Source of the DNA: a virus
Lineage: Duplodnaviria; Caudoviricetes
Virus record (IMG/VR): IMGVR_UViG_3300047160_001842
Location: 8,435 to 72,434 of that record
Reading direction: 5' to 3' (one strand)
DNA: 64,000 nt
Shown: positions 25,015-33,238 of the stretch, piece by piece
How positions within the stretch are numbered: position 1 is the stretch's first letter
How the letters are laid out: every line of letters begins with the position of its first letter
The notes under the pieces: model-generated
The model's input: the letters and a program-made list of their open reading frames with translations, nothing else
What the model was told of the DNA's origin: nothing
Database searches by the model: none
Made by a program: the position numbers and the translations under genes

Positions 25015-25662
25015 ATGTCCAATACGATCCTCACGGCCAACTTCAGCCGCCCTCAGTTTATCGCCACCAACGAGGTGACGAATGCCGAGATTTGGCGCGG
25101 CTTGGCCGTGGTCAGCGCTGAGATCGATCCTTCTGCCGCAGTGACGGAGATGCCGATTGCGGTTGACGGCCCGAAGGATTCGAACACAACGGTCCAGATT
25201 CAAGAGGCCGATCTGCGTGCAACAAAGATCATCCAGCCGGTGCGGCTGAAGGTCCAAGCGGTCATCAGCGACCTCTCGGTCATCGAGAGCATCATTTCAC
25301 TGTTGAATGGCGACACCACAACGCTCTCGGTCAACACCAAGTCAATTATTACGCGCAACCTGCTTCTGACTGACGTAGGAATCCAGCAAAGCGGTGAGAT
25401 GACTTCTGCCGCGCGTGTGTCGATGATGTTCGAACAGGCCCAACCGCCAGCAGGCGAGGGCTATAATCCCGAACAGCCGGCAGACGCCTCGGTGTACGGA
25501 ATCGGGTTCCAAGACCTCAGAAACGTTAGCGCACTAGGATCGCTCATGAAGTCGGTTACTGCCGCTCTTTCTCGCCCAGTTGAAGTGGTCTTTGGACCTC
25601 TTATCAACATGCACGGCGGGCCGGTTGCTCTTGACCACCCAACCCAGGGGCAAATCGCATGA
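25015..25662 (+). CDS. baseplate/tail hub-associated protein
   Basis: Synteny. Confidence 0.5.
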   Translation: MSNTILTANFSRPQFIATNEVTNAEIWRGLAVVSAEIDPSAAVTEMPIAVDGPKDSNTTVQIQEADLRATKIIQPVRLKVQAVISDLSVIESIISLLNGDTTTLSVNTKSIITRNLLLTDVGIQQSGEMTSAARVSMMFEQAQPPAGEGYNPEQPADASVYGIGFQDLRNVSALGSLMKSVTAALSRPVEVVFGPLINMHGGPVALDHPTQGQIA

Positions 25663-26519
25663 GCGTGCATGTGTACGTCCCCGGCGAGATTCTCACCGCC
25701 GCAAACCTCAATGCCTCTTTCGACAGCAAGGCGGACGGCACCAACACGAGCATCGACGGCGGTGTAATTCAGAACATCGACAAGATATCGATTGTCGGCG
25801 CTTATCCCTCTACCACGCCGACCACCGGCGCTTTGACGGTTGTTGGCGGAGTCGGCATCCAAGGGGATACTCACACCGCCGGTCTGATCGTCAGTCAGAA
25901 CAACACCCCCTCTACGTCCAAGACTACGGGTGCCTTGGTTATCCTTGGCGGGGCTGGAATTTCCGGCGACGTATACCTAGGGTCCAACCTCTCCGTCGCT
26001 GGCCAGCTGAACACATCCGGTCCAGCCGGATTCGCCGATTCCACGGCCTCGACTACTCCGGGGACAGGCGCGGTCGTCGTTACGGGCGGCGTCGGTGTCG
26101 GAGGAGCGCTCAACGTGGGCGGCGCGGTCAAGTCTGGTGGGGTTATCACAACCACCAACGCAACTGCGTCTACGACACCAGCAAACGGCGCTCTCGTGGT
26201 TTCTGGTGGGGCGGGTATCGGCGGCGACATCAATGCTGGCGGAAACATCGGCGTCGGCGGAACGATTGATGTGACCGGAGTTGCGACGTTCCACGCGGCA
26301 GTCAACCTTCCCGGCGCTCCGGGTGGAGTGAACGAAGCCGCGAACAAGGGATATGTCGATTTGGTCGCAGGCTCCGTCGCATCCGCAGCGGTGCAGAAGG
26401 CTGGCGATACCATGACCGGCCCCCTCGTCCTGTCCGGCGACCCTACTGCCGCACTCGGCGCGGCTACTCGGCAGTACGCAGATGCAACCGCAATCACTTA
26501 CGCAATCGCACTGGGATAA
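25659..26519 (+). CDS. fibre shaft/anchor protein with beta-repeats
   Basis: Four ST..TGAL.V.GG.GI.GD repeats, LSGDPT..L.AATRQYAD shaft motif, C-terminal YAIALG. Confidence 0.75.
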   Translation: MSVHVYVPGEILTAANLNASFDSKADGTNTSIDGGVIQNIDKISIVGAYPSTTPTTGALTVVGGVGIQGDTHTAGLIVSQNNTPSTSKTTGALVILGGAGISGDVYLGSNLSVAGQLNTSGPAGFADSTASTTPGTGAVVVTGGVGVGGALNVGGAVKSGGVITTTNATASTTPANGALVVSGGAGIGGDINAGGNIGVGGTIDVTGVATFHAAVNLPGAPGGVNEAANKGYVDLVAGSVASAAVQKAGDTMTGPLVLSGDPTAALGAATRQYADATAITYAIALG

Positions 26520-26522
26520 CCA

Positions 26523-26849
26523 ATGGCCTCAGTCCTCAAATCAGCTTTCATCCCGGGCGTCGGAAGTGGCGCGCCAACGGTCTGTCTAACGGCGGGTGCC
26601 GCAACCACCATCACCATCATCGGTCTGATGATGGCGAACGTATCGGCAAACCCGATCAAGGGAACGGCCCAAGTGAAGCGCGGCGCGACCGTCGCGAACA
26701 TCATCGCCGGTGGCCCCATCCCGAACGCGAACACGATGTGCCCTGTCGGCGAGAACGGGAAGATTGTGTTGATGCCGAATGATATTCTCCAGTGCATCAC
26801 CGACACTGGCACGATGGACGTTGTCGTCTCCTACCTGGAGCAGACATGA
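26523..26849 (+). CDS. small fibre adaptor-like protein
   Basis: IIGLMMAN...PIP...KIVLMPND.L...DVVVSYLE pattern seen after AIALG-ending fibre proteins. Confidence 0.55.
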   Translation: MASVLKSAFIPGVGSGAPTVCLTAGAATTITIIGLMMANVSANPIKGTAQVKRGATVANIIAGGPIPNANTMCPVGENGKIVLMPNDILQCITDTGTMDVVVSYLEQT

Positions 26850-27934
26850 GCTACATGGGTCCTGACCAGATTCAGGGCAACCTGCCGCCCAACTCGGTTC
26901 CTGCCGGTGTGTTGCAGGCCGCGTCTGTTGCGTGGCCGAATCTGACACCTGACGTTCAGTCGTTGTTCGTCGGGATGAAGAATCGCATCATCAATGGCGA
27001 TTGCAGAATCGCACAGCGCGGCAACAACGCCTCGTTCGCTGCTGGCATCTCAGGGTTCGGTGGGCCGGATCGCTTTGGCTGTGCGAATCAGGCTTCAGGC
27101 ACCTTCGTCCAACAGCAGACTTCGACGTTCACTGTCGGCACAAAGACGAGAACTGGCGTCCAGCAGTTTGTGTCTGTCGCCGCTGGCGCATTCTCAGCAG
27201 GGCAGTACTGGGGCGGCATTCAACAGGTGATCGAAGGCTATAACGCATTCGACCTCATCGGCCAGCCGGTTGCTATCTCGTTCTGGTTTGGTGCCATTCC
27301 AAACGGGACGTATGGTGGAGTTCTGAGAGACGGCACAGGAACCCTCACATTCCCGTTCACGTTCAACTACAACGGCGGCGGAACGATGCAACTCGTGTCC
27401 GTTTTGGTTCCGGCGATACCTGCAAACGCAGTCGTGCCGATGAACAACGCCAGTGGGCTGATCCTCACAATCGGAGCGGTCAGCGGAAACACATTCGTCG
27501 CTCCATCGTCTGGTGCTTGGATTGCTGGCAATTACCTCCAGCCGCCTGGTGTGATGAATTGGTCAACGGTGGTGAACAACTGGATCGGGTTGACCGATCT
27601 TCAGCTTGAGGCTGGCGTCATCTGCACGCCATTCGAACGTCGCCAACAAGGCCTAGAGGTTCTGTTGTGCCAACGCTACTATCAAGTGATAAGCGACTTC
27701 CTGTGCGGCGGATATCAAGGTGCTGGCGGCATTGTGTACGCTGACGCAACCCTGCCGGTTCCGATGAGAGCTACGCCATCAGGAGTCCTGTTGAATGCAG
27801 CAACCTACTTCAACGCCTCTGGATACTCACTCAATTCGGCCAGCAACAGCAAATTCAGGACGTCAATAACTATCGGATCGGCAGGATATGGTTATGGGTA
27901 TGGTGCCTCAATAGGCTTTCTTGCGGAGTTGTAA
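26846..27934 (+). CDS. receptor-binding/fibre paralogue 1
   Basis: KNRIINGD...QLEAG..TPFERR...CQRYY...MRATP...AEL domain. Confidence 0.75.
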   Translation: MSYMGPDQIQGNLPPNSVPAGVLQAASVAWPNLTPDVQSLFVGMKNRIINGDCRIAQRGNNASFAAGISGFGGPDRFGCANQASGTFVQQQTSTFTVGTKTRTGVQQFVSVAAGAFSAGQYWGGIQQVIEGYNAFDLIGQPVAISFWFGAIPNGTYGGVLRDGTGTLTFPFTFNYNGGGTMQLVSVLVPAIPANAVVPMNNASGLILTIGAVSGNTFVAPSSGAWIAGNYLQPPGVMNWSTVVNNWIGLTDLQLEAGVICTPFERRQQGLEVLLCQRYYQVISDFLCGGYQGAGGIVYADATLPVPMRATPSGVLLNAATYFNASGYSLNSASNSKFRTSITIGSAGYGYGYGASIGFLAEL

Positions 27935-29481
27935 TGTCCTATATCGCAGGCAACCCCAAAGCACTCGGCACCCGGCAAGTCTGGGAGGGCGCAGCTGTCG
28001 CCGGTCAACGCTCCATCGTCATTCCTGGCGGCTTCACCCCAGGAAGCTGCGATGTGTTCGTTGGCGGCGCAAACCTTCTCAGCTCTGATTACGTCGATAG
28101 CGACGGCGGGCAGATTCTCCTCAATTCCGGTATGGCCGCTGGGACGGCGTATCGAGTCGTCCTGATGCCGCGCTTCAGTGGTATCGTGCAGAACACGCCG
28201 CGACTGATCACGGACGGCGCAGCGACTGCCGGCCAAACGATCATTCCAATCCCTGGCGGCTTCATGGGCGGCGCAGGGATGACGGATGTTTTCGTCAACG
28301 GAATCGCACTCACGGCTGGGGCCGATTACGACGACACCAGCGGCACGCAGATCGTCCTCACGAAGGGGATGAACGCTGGCATGCAGTTCCGGGTGGCATC
28401 CTATGCACCAGGCGTCTCCGTTCAGCCAGTAGGTGGCCAACTAGCTGGCTTCCGCAACAGGATAATCAACGGGGCTTGCACGATCAATCAGCGCGGCACA
28501 CTTAGTTCTGCGAATCCATTCGGCGGTCCTGATCGATACTGGATGCAGGTCAGCGGTGCTGGCGGCGCGTTCAACCAGTCTCAAGGCACGATCACGTTTG
28601 GCGGAGTCGTCAAGCAGGCAGTCGTTCAGACGGTGACCACGCCGGTCGCCGACTTGTCTGCAAGCAAGTACTGGTCCGGCATAACGCAGTGGATTGAGGG
28701 CTTCAACGCCTACGATCTGATCGGCAAGCCGCTGGCCGTTTCGTTCATCTTCCAGGCAAGTATCTCAGGCAACTACTCGATCAACCTGAGAGACGGAACG
28801 GACGCAAATTCTTACGTCACCACGTTCAACGCCGTCGCTGGCGTTCCTCAGAAGGTGACGGTGATTGTTCCGCCGATTCCGTCTAACGCTGGAATTCCAA
28901 ACAGTAACAGTCGCGGCTTGGTGATCTGGATCGGCGCGCAGAATGGTGCAACGCTCGTGATGCCACCGGCTCAGCTCGGTCAGTGGGTGAACGGCTTGTA
29001 CCTCACAGCCAACAACATCGTTACCTGGGGCCTCACGAGCGGCGCGACGATTGCCGTGGCCGAGCTTCAGGTTGAGCCGGGCACTGTCGCAACGCCATTC
29101 GAGAACAGGCCATATGGGTTGGAGCTTTCCTTGTGCCAGCGCTACTTCGCAAAGACGTATGGCGTGGGGCTTCTCCCAGGAAGCGTGAACAGTGTTGGCC
29201 AGGTCGGGATTCTCGGCATGTCCACAGGCGCGGCATCATACTGGGGTGTGAATTGGAAGTTCCCAGTGTCGATGCGCGCTACGCCAAGCGTCACCGTCTA
29301 TAGCCCATCCACAGGCGCAGCTGGTGTGATGCAACTCGTCGGAACAGGCGACATCGGGGCCGTAGCAATCAACATCAGTGATTCGGCATCGATGATCCTC
29401 ATCAACAACGGCAACGTCTACACGCCTGGCAGCGGCAATCCTGCTTACGCACAAGCCATTGCAGTGGCAGAAGTACCATGA
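27934..29481 (+). CDS. receptor-binding/fibre paralogue 2 with two N-terminal tandem modules
   Basis: Two GAxxAGQ..I.IPGGF..G..DVFV.G..L....DY.D..G.QI.L repeats, then an RNRIING...CQRYF domain. Confidence 0.75.
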   Translation: MSYIAGNPKALGTRQVWEGAAVAGQRSIVIPGGFTPGSCDVFVGGANLLSSDYVDSDGGQILLNSGMAAGTAYRVVLMPRFSGIVQNTPRLITDGAATAGQTIIPIPGGFMGGAGMTDVFVNGIALTAGADYDDTSGTQIVLTKGMNAGMQFRVASYAPGVSVQPVGGQLAGFRNRIINGACTINQRGTLSSANPFGGPDRYWMQVSGAGGAFNQSQGTITFGGVVKQAVVQTVTTPVADLSASKYWSGITQWIEGFNAYDLIGKPLAVSFIFQASISGNYSINLRDGTDANSYVTTFNAVAGVPQKVTVIVPPIPSNAGIPNSNSRGLVIWIGAQNGATLVMPPAQLGQWVNGLYLTANNIVTWGLTSGATIAVAELQVEPGTVATPFENRPYGLELSLCQRYFAKTYGVGLLPGSVNSVGQVGILGMSTGAASYWGVNWKFPVSMRATPSVTVYSPSTGAAGVMQLVGTGDIGAVAINISDSASMILINNGNVYTPGSGNPAYAQAIAVAEVP

Positions 29482-30524
29482 CCCAAGCACAATCAGCCGC
29501 AGTCGATCTAACCCAAGTGTTCGCGCTTGGCGCGCTGTCGTTTCGCAATCGCATCATCAACGGCGACATGCGCATTCCACAGCGCTCGCCGCTCGCCGCT
29601 GTTGCCACTACTGGCTGGGCCTATGGGCAGTGTGATCGGTGGTCCTCATACACCAGCGCGCCATCGACGGTGGCCAGCATGGCCGCAGCTTCTGGCGGCG
29701 TGTTTGGCGTCTCGAATCGCTGGTGGACGAAGTACACCGTGACCACGCCTCCGAGCGATCTGACCGGCAACAATATGATCGTGCCGTTGTGCCAGATCAT
29801 CGAGGGCGTCAATTGCTTTGATCTGAACTCCTCTCCGATTGCAATCTCATTCATCTTCAACGCTTTCGTGGCCGGTCAGTACAGCGTTGCGGTGATGGTC
29901 ATGGGTAACGGCAACGTAACTCAAGGCGTGTACGTCACGACGTTCAACTATGCGACTGCACAAACGCCGCAGGTTGTAAAGTTGATCATTCCTCAAATGC
30001 CTGGCAGCTTCGCCCTCGCAAATGACAGCGGCAACGGCATCAGGCTATCGATCGGCGCGATCAATACAGGAAACTTTCAAGCCTCTGCGCCACAAGTGAA
30101 CAGTTGGGTTCCTGGCAGCGGCGCGTACTCTGCGCCTGGCAACGTCAACTGGGCGGCCAATGCAAACAACTGGGTCATGCTGACTGACGCTCAGCTGGAG
30201 ATGGGTGCTGTTTGCACACCGTTCGAACGCAGGCCGCAGAGCGTGGAGTACGCGCTGTGCCAGAGATACTATCAAACGGCTCGCGGCGAGTTGGGTGCGT
30301 ATGCCCCATCTGGCGGAACGATCACAGGCTACATGAACTTCATGACGATCATGCGCGCATCGCCAACTGCTGCAGTCGTTGGAAGCGTCTCCTACAACAA
30401 CACCAGCGGCTATGTCGTGGACACCGCCACTCCGACAGGATACCGTGTGTATGCTCTCGTCACGACTGCCGGTGTCGGATTCGTCACGGGCACAAGCCTA
30501 TCTTTCAACGCGGAGCTATCATGA
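29478..30524 (+). CDS. receptor-binding/fibre paralogue 3
   Basis: FRNRIINGD...QLEMG..TPFERRP...CQRYY. Confidence 0.75.
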   Translation: MTQAQSAAVDLTQVFALGALSFRNRIINGDMRIPQRSPLAAVATTGWAYGQCDRWSSYTSAPSTVASMAAASGGVFGVSNRWWTKYTVTTPPSDLTGNNMIVPLCQIIEGVNCFDLNSSPIAISFIFNAFVAGQYSVAVMVMGNGNVTQGVYVTTFNYATAQTPQVVKLIIPQMPGSFALANDSGNGIRLSIGAINTGNFQASAPQVNSWVPGSGAYSAPGNVNWAANANNWVMLTDAQLEMGAVCTPFERRPQSVEYALCQRYYQTARGELGAYAPSGGTITGYMNFMTIMRASPTAAVVGSVSYNNTSGYVVDTATPTGYRVYALVTTAGVGFVTGTSLSFNAELS

Positions 30525-30706
30525 CCAAGAAGTACACCATCCAGAAACATCTCATGGGTGAAGTCATCATCCTGGAAGAGGACGATCAGCCTACCAAGTT
30601 CATTCCTTTTGACGAAGGCAACATGGACTATGTCGCCTATCTCGCTTGGGTTGCAGAAGGCAACACAGCGCCTGTGAACGATATCACCCCGCCGCCTGCC
30701 GCTTAA
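30521..30706 (+). CDS. tail fibre assembly chaperone-like protein
   Basis: FIPFDEGNMDYVAYLAWVAEGN motif; 61 aa. Confidence 0.65.
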   Translation: MTKKYTIQKHLMGEVIILEEDDQPTKFIPFDEGNMDYVAYLAWVAEGNTAPVNDITPPPAA

Positions 30707-30708
30707 TC

Positions 30709-31683
30709 ATGAGCCAAGCCCAAGACCTCGCCACGTTGTCGCAGTTGTTCTCTGCGCGTGCAGTTCCTTTCCGGAATCGCATTATCAACGGGGACCACCG
30801 CGTCAACCAGCGCGGCGGTGGCGCCACTGTCGTCGACTCGTATTCGTATGTCGTTGACCGTTGGTACGTGGCGGCGAATGGCGCGGCAGTAACGGCAAAC
30901 AACAATGGCGGCGCGGTCGGCGCAGCTGCACAAAGCCTCGTCGCAAACGGCGCGGCAGGGAACACAAACGTCAGCATCGGCCAACGTATCGAGTCGCGCA
31001 ATATCCAAGACCTTGCTGGGCAGAAAGTCACGCTTTCCGGATATCTCTACGCCACGCAGGCGCTGCAACCCGTCCTGACGCTGAACACACCTACGGCACA
31101 GGACAACTTCGCCTCGATGAACGTCGTCGCTGGCCCGGCCTTGCCGCTGATCGTGCCGAATGCCTGGAATTATTTCCGCGTCACCGCGACACTTGCCGCG
31201 AGCGCGTCGAATGGGCTACAGGTTGACTTCTCGTCCGGCGGCGCGGTGGGTGCCGGCGTCTCATACGCCATCGGCGCGATCCAGTTGGAGGCAGGGGAAA
31301 ACCTTAACCCAGGCTTCGAGATCATCCCATTCTCGGAGTCTCTGGCTCGCTGCCAGCGGTACTTCTTCAGCAGCTATCCTGTAGGCTCTTTCGTCGGAGC
31401 CAATGACATCGTCAATGCCATGCGCGGAATCGCCATGGACGCCAACAACATCGTAATGTTCAACCGTCTGCCAGTTCCGATGAGGGTGGCGCCGAGTGTG
31501 AGCATATTCAACCCAAGTAACGGAACGGCAAACCAGGCGCGCAATTCTGCTTCCGGTGCAGCCGCCGGGATCACAGGAGTCAACCCTTCTGCACTGGCCG
31601 GTGCCTACAGCTTGACGAGTTCAGGCGGCTTCACGGCGGGCAACCCATATGACTTTCACATCTACGCCAGCGCGGAGTTGTAA
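30709..31683 (+). CDS. receptor-binding/fibre paralogue 4
   Basis: FRNRIINGD...QLEAG...CQRYF...MRVAP...AEL. Confidence 0.75.
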   Translation: MSQAQDLATLSQLFSARAVPFRNRIINGDHRVNQRGGGATVVDSYSYVVDRWYVAANGAAVTANNNGGAVGAAAQSLVANGAAGNTNVSIGQRIESRNIQDLAGQKVTLSGYLYATQALQPVLTLNTPTAQDNFASMNVVAGPALPLIVPNAWNYFRVTATLAASASNGLQVDFSSGGAVGAGVSYAIGAIQLEAGENLNPGFEIIPFSESLARCQRYFFSSYPVGSFVGANDIVNAMRGIAMDANNIVMFNRLPVPMRVAPSVSIFNPSNGTANQARNSASGAAAGITGVNPSALAGAYSLTSSGGFTAGNPYDFHIYASAEL

Positions 31684-31694
31684 AGGAGAATGCC

Positions 31695-31871
31695 ATGGTC
31701 CAGTCGATTCTCATCACGCTCGTTCTCGCAATCCGCAGACTCCGCCGCGCGTTGAACCTTCCGACTGCCGACCTATCGAAACGTGAAGGCCCAGTGTCCA
31801 ATGGCGTCCGCGTCGCAGAGGAGGCTCTGGGCGTTACGCAACCGCAGTCGCTGGACAAGGACAAGCAGTGA
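31695..31871 (+). CDS. 58-aa protein with N-terminal hydrophobic helix, possible lysis accessory (holin-like)
   Basis: Hand translation MVQSILITLVLAIRRLRR...; RBS AAGGAG; stop overlaps the lysozyme start. Confidence 0.45.
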   Translation: MVQSILITLVLAIRRLRRALNLPTADLSKREGPVSNGVRVAEEALGVTQPQSLDKDKQ

Positions 31872-32368
31872 ACACAGGACCATACCTCAAGGCCATCGGG
31901 CACTACTATGAGAACCTCAAGAACAAGGCTTATCCCGATCCTGCTACTGGCGGCGATCCTTGGACTTGCGGCATCGGATGCACGGGCGTCGATTCAGAAG
32001 GCAACCAGATCACAAAGGATACCTACTGGGACGACGACAAAGCCCTGTTCGAGTATGCCCACCGCATCGATAAAGAGTTTGGCCCCGGAGTCTCCAAGGT
32101 TGTTCGCACCCCTCTCAATCAGAAAGAGTACGACATGCTGGTGGACCTTGCGTTCAACATCGGCATTCCTAACTTCAACTCCAGCACGCTCCTCCGCAAG
32201 CTGAACGCAGGCGACCGTGCAGGCGCGGCTGAACAGTTCCTCGTGTGGAACAAGGGCGGCGGGAAGGTGATGAAGGGGCTGCAACGCCGCAGGTGGGCAG
32301 AGCGCCACGTGTTCCTCGGCGGCGAACCGGCAGACGGTATCGCAGAGGCGTTGGCGAAGTACCCTTGA
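31868..32368 (+). CDS. endolysin, GH24 phage lysozyme
   Basis: YE.LKNKAYPDP...WTCGIG, FNIG..NFNSSTLLRKLN, GLQRRR.AE. Confidence 0.9.
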   Translation: MNTGPYLKAIGHYYENLKNKAYPDPATGGDPWTCGIGCTGVDSEGNQITKDTYWDDDKALFEYAHRIDKEFGPGVSKVVRTPLNQKEYDMLVDLAFNIGIPNFNSSTLLRKLNAGDRAGAAEQFLVWNKGGGKVMKGLQRRRWAERHVFLGGEPADGIAEALAKYP

Positions 32369-32411
32369 AAGTTGTGTCCTCGAACACCCAGGCAACGGTA
32401 GACTAGGCGCC

Positions 32412-32813
32412 ATGAATATCGAGCTGTGCACGCCAAACGGCACCGTCCGCCGAGTCGCAATAGAACAGTTCGGTGCAATGGACGGGTGGGACATTCAAGA
32501 GCGCTTCGTCAGGTTTGCCGCAAGCAAAGACGCCAAGCTGCGGAAAGAGTACACAATGGAAGTGCTCAAGTACGCGACAATCCTCACCGCTGATGGCGGC
32601 AAATTGCCTCTGACAACGGACGCACTCATCAACAATCACCTTGGCTCTTGGGAGAACGTTCGTGACGTCTTCGAAGAAGTCTTGCGGCAGAACGGGATCA
32701 AACCCGCAGAACACTGCCGTCGCGCAAACTACTGGGTGGATGCCGGATCGGCCATGGCCACCTCGTTCGTTGCCGAAGTCTCAATCAAGATCAACGAATT
32801 CGTTAAGAGATGA
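32412..32813 (+). CDS. tail assembly chaperone-like protein
   Basis: Upstream of the TMP; paralogue of 32810-33238. Confidence 0.55.
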   Translation: MNIELCTPNGTVRRVAIEQFGAMDGWDIQERFVRFAASKDAKLRKEYTMEVLKYATILTADGGKLPLTTDALINNHLGSWENVRDVFEEVLRQNGIKPAEHCRRANYWVDAGSAMATSFVAEVSIKINEFVKR

Positions 32814-33238
32814 CCGACCTCGCCACAAACCAAATTTCGGTGACCACCAGCGCTGGTGACCGTATCGTCACACTCAATGTCTTTCCGGCACTGGAAGGAT
32901 TCGAGCTTGACCGCCGATATCGCACAGACTACAAGGTCCAGCCGGATCGCCACGTGCGGCGAGAGTACACGCTGGCCGTCCTCTCCCACGCCGAGTGCAA
33001 TGGCGCGTCTCTGGCCACTCCTGACCACATCAACGCATCTCTGGAGAGCTGGAAGAATGTCGAAGCGGTGTTCCAGGCGGTGCTCAATTTCAACGGCGTC
33101 GATCTGGAGCTTGAAGAGGAGAAAGCGCGGTGGTTTGAGTATGCTGGCTCTGAGCTTGCCGCGACGTTCATTGCAACGACGACGCAACTCATGGGTCCTT
33201 TCCTGACGACCCTTGAGGAGCCAACGTCAAATGGCTGA
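32810..33238 (+). CDS. tail assembly chaperone-like protein
   Basis: Shares A.EG...R.EYT..VL...IN..L.SW.NV..VF..VL..NG with the previous gene. Confidence 0.55.
   Translation: MTDLATNQISVTTSAGDRIVTLNVFPALEGFELDRRYRTDYKVQPDRHVRREYTLAVLSHAECNGASLATPDHINASLESWKNVEAVFQAVLNFNGVDLELEEEKARWFEYAGSELAATFIATTTQLMGPFLTTLEEPTSNG

Noticed and set aside
26846-31683. Diversity-generating retroelement acting on the fibre paralogues
   Set aside because: No reverse transcriptase in the window, and no near-identical TR/VR pair differing only at adenines.
32700-32830. Programmed -1 frameshift between tail chaperone genes
   Set aside because: No X XXY YYZ slippery site found; the genes are joined by an ordinary ATGA overlap.
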